Positions 1-5,059 of a DNA stretch of 10,148 bases are shown here, one piece after another. The translations under genes were made by a program, and so were the position numbers. Source of the DNA: Chthonomonadales bacterium (GTDB lineage Bacteria; Armatimonadota; Chthonomonadetes; Chthonomonadales; Chthonomonadaceae); the NCBI GenBank assembly GCA_038217285.1, contig JBBQPO010000231.1, positions 1 to 10,148 of the forward strand. Direction: 5' to 3'. The notes beneath the pieces are model-generated. The model was not told where the DNA came from and did no database searches. It saw only the letters and a program-made list of their open reading frames with translations. The number at the start of each line of letters is the position of its first letter. Positions within the stretch are counted from its first letter, which is position 1.

Positions 1-1675
1 GGACGCGGCGCGAATCGCGGCCTCCGGGCTGAGCCGCGAGAGCCTGGCCGTCGAAACCAAAGGCATTACGCTGGCCGCGAACTTCGCCAACACCGACAAA
101 GATTTCAGCCGTTCCGCTGACCTCGCCCTGACCGACGCGGACAAACATACCATCGAAATGGAACGCGGCTACAAGCGCAGCGACTACACGGCCCACTTTG
201 CCGCGATCAAAGGCCTGACCTTCGACGGCACGCTCTTCTCCGCCACGGATGCCGCCGACAAACTGAGCCACGACACGCACAAGTTCAATCTCCAGTATGC
301 CGTAAACAAATTGACCGCGCTCACCTATGCCGACGACAGCGACATCGCCACGACAGACGGCAAGCGCAACGGCCTGCAGCACAGCCTGCTCACCTTCAAC
401 GAAGGGTTCAACAAGGGCTACCTGATCAATCTCTTCCACGACCAGTCCGCGACTTTTGCCAAAGGCATCGAGACACAGGGCACGACCACCGATTTCCTGC
501 ATTTCGAGACGCCGAAAGAGAAGCGCAACGGGCTGAGCTTCGACGAACGGCGCCTCACCTATACCGACAGTCGCTACGAAAACACCACGAACCTGAACGT
601 CCATGTGAAGCCTTCCAGCCAGTTGACGTTCAGCTACTCCCGATCGGAAACGGAGCGCGGACAGGATACGCAGACACCAGCGACCACATCGACGACTACC
701 GCCAGAGCCACGTCGCTTCCGTCCGAGGCCACGGACACCTTCGATCTGCAGTTTCAGGCCAACAAGCAGTTCGCCATTGTCGCCGGACTGACCCAAAGAG
801 ACACCACCGACAGCAAGGACGGGGATACGATCAAGTTTGGGCTGCAGGGGCAGCCGATCAAAGATTTCAAGATGGCGGCGACGTTCAACGAGATCCACGA
901 CAATGCCAAGAACACCAAAGACGTCGCGGATTTCGCCATCAGCAACGCCAAGCCGTTCTGCCTCGGCCCGATGAAAGAGATCACCTTTACCGCCCGGTAC
1001 GCCTCGCTCAACGATCAGCGTAAACTGCAAAACGAAACCATGACGGGGACGGCTGCGTGGAAAGTCTGGAAAAACGAGTTCCTGCTCGACTACAGCGGCC
1101 TCTCCAAGCAGGACGGCACCAGCACGGTCTCCCGCCTCTACCGGTTCACCACCGACCCGAATCCGAAGAAGTGGTTCCACGCTGGCTTCCTCTACAAAGT
1201 CCGTACGCTCGCGACCGGCGAGGAGAAGCTGATTCGGCGCTTCACGGCGGACTGGCGATTCGCCAAAGCGACTAATTTCGTCTATACCTTCGGCACCCTG
1301 CCGGAAGACGACAAGGGCAATCTGACTCCCCTGACGACCGCAGATGTCGCGTTCAAACACGCCTGGCGCTCGACGCTCACCTCACAGTTCTTCTATCGCC
1401 TCAGTGACAATCAGGCCACGAAAGTGGCGACCAGTTCCTTCGGCTTCGGGGTCGATACCGTTCTCTCGAAGACCGTGAAGTTCGGCCTCGCTTATAGCAA
1501 AGAGATCAACGGACTGGCCGGAAAGTTCGATCATTCCGATCACCTGCACGTCTCTCTGGACCATCAGATCAACTCCGATCACTTCCTCACCATCACCGCC
1601 GAGATCCGCAGCCACGACAGCAAGAACCTGCAGGACGAGATCCAGACCAACGTGGACTTCCGATCCCGGTTCTAA
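1..1675 (+). CDS. Large hypothetical protein, predicted outer-membrane beta-barrel (5'-truncated by the window edge)
   Basis: The frame of ORF 158..1675 is open back to position 2 (DAARIAASGLSRESLAVETKGITLAANF...), so ATG158 is probably internal. Codons are strongly C/G-ending. There are many alternating hydrophobic/polar beta-strand-like segments (KFNLQYAV, QLTFSYSRSE, TFDLQFQAN, FTADWRFA, KFGLAYSKE, HLHVSLDHQ). The protein ends ...TNVDFRSRF with a terminal Phe, typical of a BAM beta-signal. Stop TAA at 1673-1675. Confidence 0.72.
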   Translation, partial: DAARIAASGLSRESLAVETKGITLAANFANTDKDFSRSADLALTDADKHTIEMERGYKRSDYTAHFAAIKGLTFDGTLFSATDAADKLSHDTHKFNLQYAVNKLTALTYADDSDIATTDGKRNGLQHSLLTFNEGFNKGYLINLFHDQSATFAKGIETQGTTTDFLHFETPKEKRNGLSFDERRLTYTDSRYENTTNLNVHVKPSSQLTFSYSRSETERGQDTQTPATTSTTTARATSLPSEATDTFDLQFQANKQFAIVAGLTQRDTTDSKDGDTIKFGLQGQPIKDFKMAATFNEIHDNAKNTKDVADFAISNAKPFCLGPMKEITFTARYASLNDQRKLQNETMTGTAAWKVWKNEFLLDYSGLSKQDGTSTVSRLYRFTTDPNPKKWFHAGFLYKVRTLATGEEKLIRRFTADWRFAKATNFVYTFGTLPEDDKGNLTPLTTADVAFKHAWRSTLTSQFFYRLSDNQATKVATSSFGFGVDTVLSKTVKFGLAYSKEINGLAGKFDHSDHLHVSLDHQINSDHFLTITAEIRSHDSKNLQDEIQTNVDFRSRF

Positions 1676-3510
1676 CCCTCTTCCCGTTCCGAAATTATCC
1701 CGTGATACCGGCCCATCCAGTAGGGCAGGAGCCAGAAGGCGCCATCTTCCTCGCCCATGCCGTCGCTGCCGCCATCGAGGGCATAGGGGTTATGGTTCCA
1801 CCTGGAGACACATCTCTCGCGGGGTGACAGAACGTGCCGGGCCTGCTTTTCGCCAAACCGACCTGGCTCGGGGTCGGGGAGAATGTCCGCCCGATGGCTG
1901 TTGCGGAGGGTCCAGTGCCGCAGATCCCAGGGCGCATCGCGGAGCCACTGCGCGGCAGCTTCGGCATCGCAGGATCTTCCGGTCAGCGCTCCATAGAGAA
2001 AGTTATAGAAGGGCGACCGTTCCGGACGCAGAACGGCCTGCGTGCGTTCGAGGCTGAGAAGATAGAGGCCGCGCAGCGCGGGGTCCATCTCCAGCATCAG
2101 CAAGGGATAGTAGGCGCAGGCAGCGAGTTCGTCGTCGGAGTGGTTGTTTTCGCCGTCAGGCGGCAGAAGTTTTTGGCGCACCGTATTGAGTGCATAGCCA
2201 TGCTGGACGATAAGAGACTGGTAAGCCTCGACGAAACGGGCATCACCACACAGATGAATGGCGACCTTGAGGTGCGAGAGAATCTCCAGGGAGTTCAGGC
2301 CGCGCTCTGCCGCCCAGTCGGGATCGCCATTGAGAATTTCCGGCGACCAGACGCCCCACGTCGTGCGCTTTCCGGTTGGGCCGACCAGCGTATAGTGATG
2401 ATTCAGAATATGATCGGTGACGGCGCGGCACGTAGCGACGATGGCGGCGCGCTCGTCGGCGTCGGCGACCAGCGTACTGTAGACGTACCAGGCAAGGTAA
2501 TGCCCGGCCAACTCGTCGGAGGACGTGTCGTTCTTGTAGAGGAGATCGGGTTCGACCGGTGACGGAAACCAGTTTGGACCGGGATCGGACTGCTCGACCC
2601 GTTCGCCGACCCGAATCAGCGCCCGCGCTGGAAAGCCGGGAATAGCCGTGACGCGCACGAGGTCTAACAGAGCATGGAGGCTGCGCCCGGCGAGTTCCCG
2701 CGCTTCCGCTTCGCCCGTCACGCCGTAGCGGAAGCTTTCGGCGCAGATAGAGAGGCTCGTCCACAGGCCATCGTTGTCGCTGGCCTCATAGAGAAAACTA
2801 TCGAGGTCTCCGGAACGTATCAGGCGACAGTTGGTCACATACCCCGCCCGGTTGTGCCGGGCCGCCGTGATGCTTTCGTAGTGCGCGGCCTTTTGCGCGA
2901 AAGTCATCGGAATGAATGTGATCTGCGCGGATCCGGTTGCCGTGCGTATCCGGCAGTCGCCGTTCGCTCCGACTTGCAGACCTGTCACATGGTCATCGGG
3001 CAGCCAGCGCCGACCGGCGTAGTACCGCCACTCCCCTGCGTGGAGGCGTATCGCCCCCTGCGGGGTGCCTATCCAGAGGGCTCCATCCGTCCCGACAGAA
3101 AGGTGCGTAATGTCACAAACGGGCAGACCGTCGTGCCCCGTAAAAGCGAACCAGGTTTCGCCCGCATAGTAGTTCAGCCCACGTGCCGTGCCGACCCAGA
3201 GGCCACCCGAATCGGCGGCGAGCGCCCGAATATCGGGATCGAGCAGGCCATCCGGGATATTGAGGGCCGTCGTCGTCGGCAAAACAGGCAGGAGTTTGTC
3301 TCCAATGCGGTGAAGGAGACCTTGATTGGTCCCGATAAAAGCCGACCCGTCCGGCAATCGCACCATAGCATGAGCGACCGCGTCCTCTGGCAGAGAGGCG
3401 CCGGCATCCGACAAAACGTCGTCTATGGAAAGGCTGACTGCACCCTCGGGTCGAGGCGGGAAAACATTTCGATCTGTTTTCTCGTCCAAAGAGATAGAGA
3501 TCGTCGCCAT
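1672..3510 (-). CDS. Uncharacterised protein (~612 aa): N-terminal two-component-regulator-type beta-propeller repeats plus a helical C-terminal domain, possibly six-hairpin glycosidase-like
   Basis: Long ORF. The start is placed at ATG 3510 (MATISISLDEK...) because the ORF-track extension to 3840 crosses the intergenic region and overlaps the sigma gene. Propeller-blade motifs: DGSAFIGTNQGL, GGLWVGTARGLNYY, DGLPVCDITHL..GALWIGTPQGA, RWLPDDHVTGL. C-terminal motifs: SDNDGLWT, DTSSDE, TTWGVWSP, RGLNSLEILSHLK, NHSDDEL, RWNHNPY, LLPYWMGRYHG. The TAG stop (1672-1674) overlaps the convergent TAA. Confidence 0.75.
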   Translation of the reverse strand: MATISISLDEKTDRNVFPPRPEGAVSLSIDDVLSDAGASLPEDAVAHAMVRLPDGSAFIGTNQGLLHRIGDKLLPVLPTTTALNIPDGLLDPDIRALAADSGGLWVGTARGLNYYAGETWFAFTGHDGLPVCDITHLSVGTDGALWIGTPQGAIRLHAGEWRYYAGRRWLPDDHVTGLQVGANGDCRIRTATGSAQITFIPMTFAQKAAHYESITAARHNRAGYVTNCRLIRSGDLDSFLYEASDNDGLWTSLSICAESFRYGVTGEAEARELAGRSLHALLDLVRVTAIPGFPARALIRVGERVEQSDPGPNWFPSPVEPDLLYKNDTSSDELAGHYLAWYVYSTLVADADERAAIVATCRAVTDHILNHHYTLVGPTGKRTTWGVWSPEILNGDPDWAAERGLNSLEILSHLKVAIHLCGDARFVEAYQSLIVQHGYALNTVRQKLLPPDGENNHSDDELAACAYYPLLMLEMDPALRGLYLLSLERTQAVLRPERSPFYNFLYGALTGRSCDAEAAAQWLRDAPWDLRHWTLRNSHRADILPDPEPGRFGEKQARHVLSPRERCVSRWNHNPYALDGGSDGMGEEDGAFWLLPYWMGRYHGIISEREEG

Positions 3511-3584
3511 CTCTTGTAGGAAGGTTCCGACCGTGAGCGTAAGAACGGGCAAAAACGCGTTCGTTATCAACTTCGACCTCTTTC

Positions 3585-3602
3585 CTGTGAGACAGTTCAC
3601 AG
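3585..3602. promoter_or_regulatory. CRP/FNR-superfamily (CRP-type) binding site CTGTGA-gacagt-TCACAG
   Basis: TGTGA (3586-3590), a 6-nt spacer and TCACA (3597-3601) match the CRP consensus core exactly, with one more palindromic pair (C3585/G3602). It lies in the non-coding region between divergent genes. Confidence 0.65.
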
Positions 3603-3702
3603 CGAGTATGTTAGCAGGAGAACATGCGAGAGGGTGACGTTTCGCTCGTTGCTTCCGTTTAGTTAGATAGCGCGGACAGGTCCCGTATGCAAAGGTAGAG
3701 GT

Positions 3703-3722
3703 CCGTGCTGTGACCGTGCTGT
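3703..3722 (+). promoter_or_regulatory. Tandem direct repeat CCGTGCTGT-ga-CCGTGCTGT, possible regulator binding site
   Basis: Two identical 9-mers (3703-3711 and 3714-3722) with an 11-bp period, ending 27 nt before the sigma ATG. Confidence 0.35.
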
Positions 3723-3732
3723 AGGAAGTACA

Positions 3733-3737
3733 AGGAG
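3733..3737 (+). promoter_or_regulatory. Putative Shine-Dalgarno sequence (AGGAG) for the sigma factor gene
   Basis: AGGAG lies 12 nt upstream of ATG 3750, a long spacing. An in-frame TGA at 3711-3713 rules out an earlier start. Confidence 0.4.
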
Positions 3738-3749
3738 CACCATCCACCC

Positions 3750-4652
3750 ATGATACAGCCCACCAACTCAGCCCCGCGTCCATCCGGAGGAGGCAGCGAG
3801 CCGGAAGAAGACAGCTCCGCGTACGTGAGCGCCGAGTCACACTCCTATCTTCCGCGATTGACGCGCCAACGCCTGCTTTCCGTCGAAGAAGAACAGGATC
3901 TTTCGGCTCGGATGCGTTGTGGGGATCGACGCGCGAAGGACCGCCTGATCGAGGCGAACATGCGTCTGGTCATCAATATTGCCAAGAACTATCACAGCGC
4001 GCTGATCCCGTTTGAAGACCTCGTGCAGGAAGGCGCCATCGGCCTTGTCACAGCGACCGAACGCTTCGATCCCACGCGGGGCTATCGTTTCAGCACCTAT
4101 GCGACGTACTGGATAAGGCAGTCTATCAGCCGCGCTATCGACAATAAATCCAAGGCGATCCGTATTCCGGCGCACGTCTCCGAGGCTATTCGCAAACTGG
4201 AGAAGATACGGGATCTTTACTTCCGAGAGCGCGGGGTCGAACCCACTGTGGAAGAGCTGGCGCAGCATACGGGCGTGTCCATGCATAAGATCTCCGCTCT
4301 CCTGCAGGCCGGACAAGACCCCCTCTCCCTGGATATGCTGGTCGGCAACGAAGAGAACACTCCCCTCTCCGCCCTCATCAACAATACGTCGGCGGAAAAT
4401 CCCCAACAGGCTGTCCTGACCGAAGAACGGCGGGAGGCGCTACGCGAGCTGCTGTTGATCCTGACTCCGCGCGAACGAGAAGTGATGCGCCTGCGACTGG
4501 GCTTTGAAGAGGACTCCTCAGAGGTTCTCCAGGAGATCGGAGTGCGCATGCACCTCTCCCGCGAACGCGTGCGTCAGATCGAAATCCAGGCGCTCCGCAA
4601 ACTCAAACACGCTGCCAAACGGCGCAATCTCCTCGGCTACCTCAGTGACTGA
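3750..4652 (+). CDS. RNA polymerase sigma-70 family factor, RpoD/SigA-like (group 2-type, no region 1.1), 300 aa
   Basis: Region 1.2-like SYLPRLTRQRLLSVEEEQDL. Region 2 LIEANMRLVINIAKNY...DLVQEGAIGLVTATERFDPTRGYRFSTYATYWIRQSISRAI. Region 3 IRIPAH...EPTVEELA...PLSLD. Region 4 LTPREREVMRLRLG...LQEIG...SRERVRQIEIQALRKLK. Confidence 0.95.
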   Translation: MIQPTNSAPRPSGGGSEPEEDSSAYVSAESHSYLPRLTRQRLLSVEEEQDLSARMRCGDRRAKDRLIEANMRLVINIAKNYHSALIPFEDLVQEGAIGLVTATERFDPTRGYRFSTYATYWIRQSISRAIDNKSKAIRIPAHVSEAIRKLEKIRDLYFRERGVEPTVEELAQHTGVSMHKISALLQAGQDPLSLDMLVGNEENTPLSALINNTSAENPQQAVLTEERREALRELLLILTPREREVMRLRLGFEEDSSEVLQEIGVRMHLSRERVRQIEIQALRKLKHAAKRRNLLGYLSD

Positions 4653-4662
4653 CCACGGCCCG

Positions 4663-5059
4663 CCGCCCCTCAAGGGGCGGCCTGTTAGGACAGTAAAGGC
4701 CCATAAATGGGCCTGGGATGGTTGAACAGCAGTGTCAATCTCTCCAACAGGATGGCTGTCAGCCTATTCCCTCCTGCATTGGCCCCACCTCACGTCAGAC
4801 CCAGCCCCCTTTAGGGGGCTTCCCGCATCAGACCGCTCCTTTAGGGGCGGGGGTTAGGTCAAGGGGCGGCCTGATGGGGAAAGTTAAGGCCCATAAATGG
4901 GCATGGGATGGTTGAAATGCAGTGTTAATCTCTCCAACAGGATGGCTGTCAGCCTATTCCCTCCTGCATTGGCCCCAACTCACGTCAGACCCAGCCCCCT
5001 TTAGGGGGCTTCCCGCATCAGACCGCTCCTTTAGGGGCGGGGGTTAGGTCAAGGGGAGG
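4663..5059. repeat. Tandem duplication of a ~190-bp palindromic, hairpin-rich unit (REP/REPIN-like)
   Basis: Unit 1 spans 4670-4858, unit 2 spans 4859-5048, and a third stub TCAAGGGGAGG spans 5049-5059. 4696-4866 and 4886-5056 differ at only 5 positions (4713, 4727, 4728, 4736, 4788). Hairpins: CCGCCCC-TCAA-GGGGCGG 4663-4680; AGGCCCA-TAAA-TGGGCCT 4697-4714; AGCCCCC-TTTA-GGGGGCT 4803-4820 and 4993-5010; CCGCTCC-TTTA-GGGGCGG 4833-4850 and 5023-5040. Confidence 0.93.

Noticed and set aside
3616-3662. 12-aa upstream ORF MREGDVSLVASV (3624-3662) after AGGAG
   Set aside because: The SD-to-ATG spacing is only 3 nt, the peptide has no attenuator-like codon run, and there is no other support.
3511-3840. 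N-terminal 110-aa extension of ORF 1672..3840
   Set aside because: It overlaps the sigma gene head-to-head, crosses the CRP-like site and reads as Arg/Cys/Ser-rich non-coding translation. ATG 3510 is more plausible.
3750-4652. Assigning the symbol rpoD/sigA or rpoS
   Set aside because: Region 1.1 is missing, region 1.2 is divergent, and there is no dnaG or nlpD context. Orthology cannot be fixed without phylogeny.
4504-4915. Small ORFs 4504..4725 and 4718..4915, both ending VKAHKWAWDG
   Set aside because: The shared peptide comes from the tandem duplication. The two nucleotide differences are synonymous, but two sites are too few to imply coding selection, and the first ORF overlaps the sigma gene out of frame.
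4663-5040. Classical rho-independent terminators
   Set aside because: None of the GC-rich hairpins is followed by a U-tract on either strand.
4663-5059. CRISPR array interpretation of the palindromic repeats
   Set aside because: There are no unique spacers because the intervening sequence is also duplicated. The period is ~190 bp, there are only two units and no cas genes.
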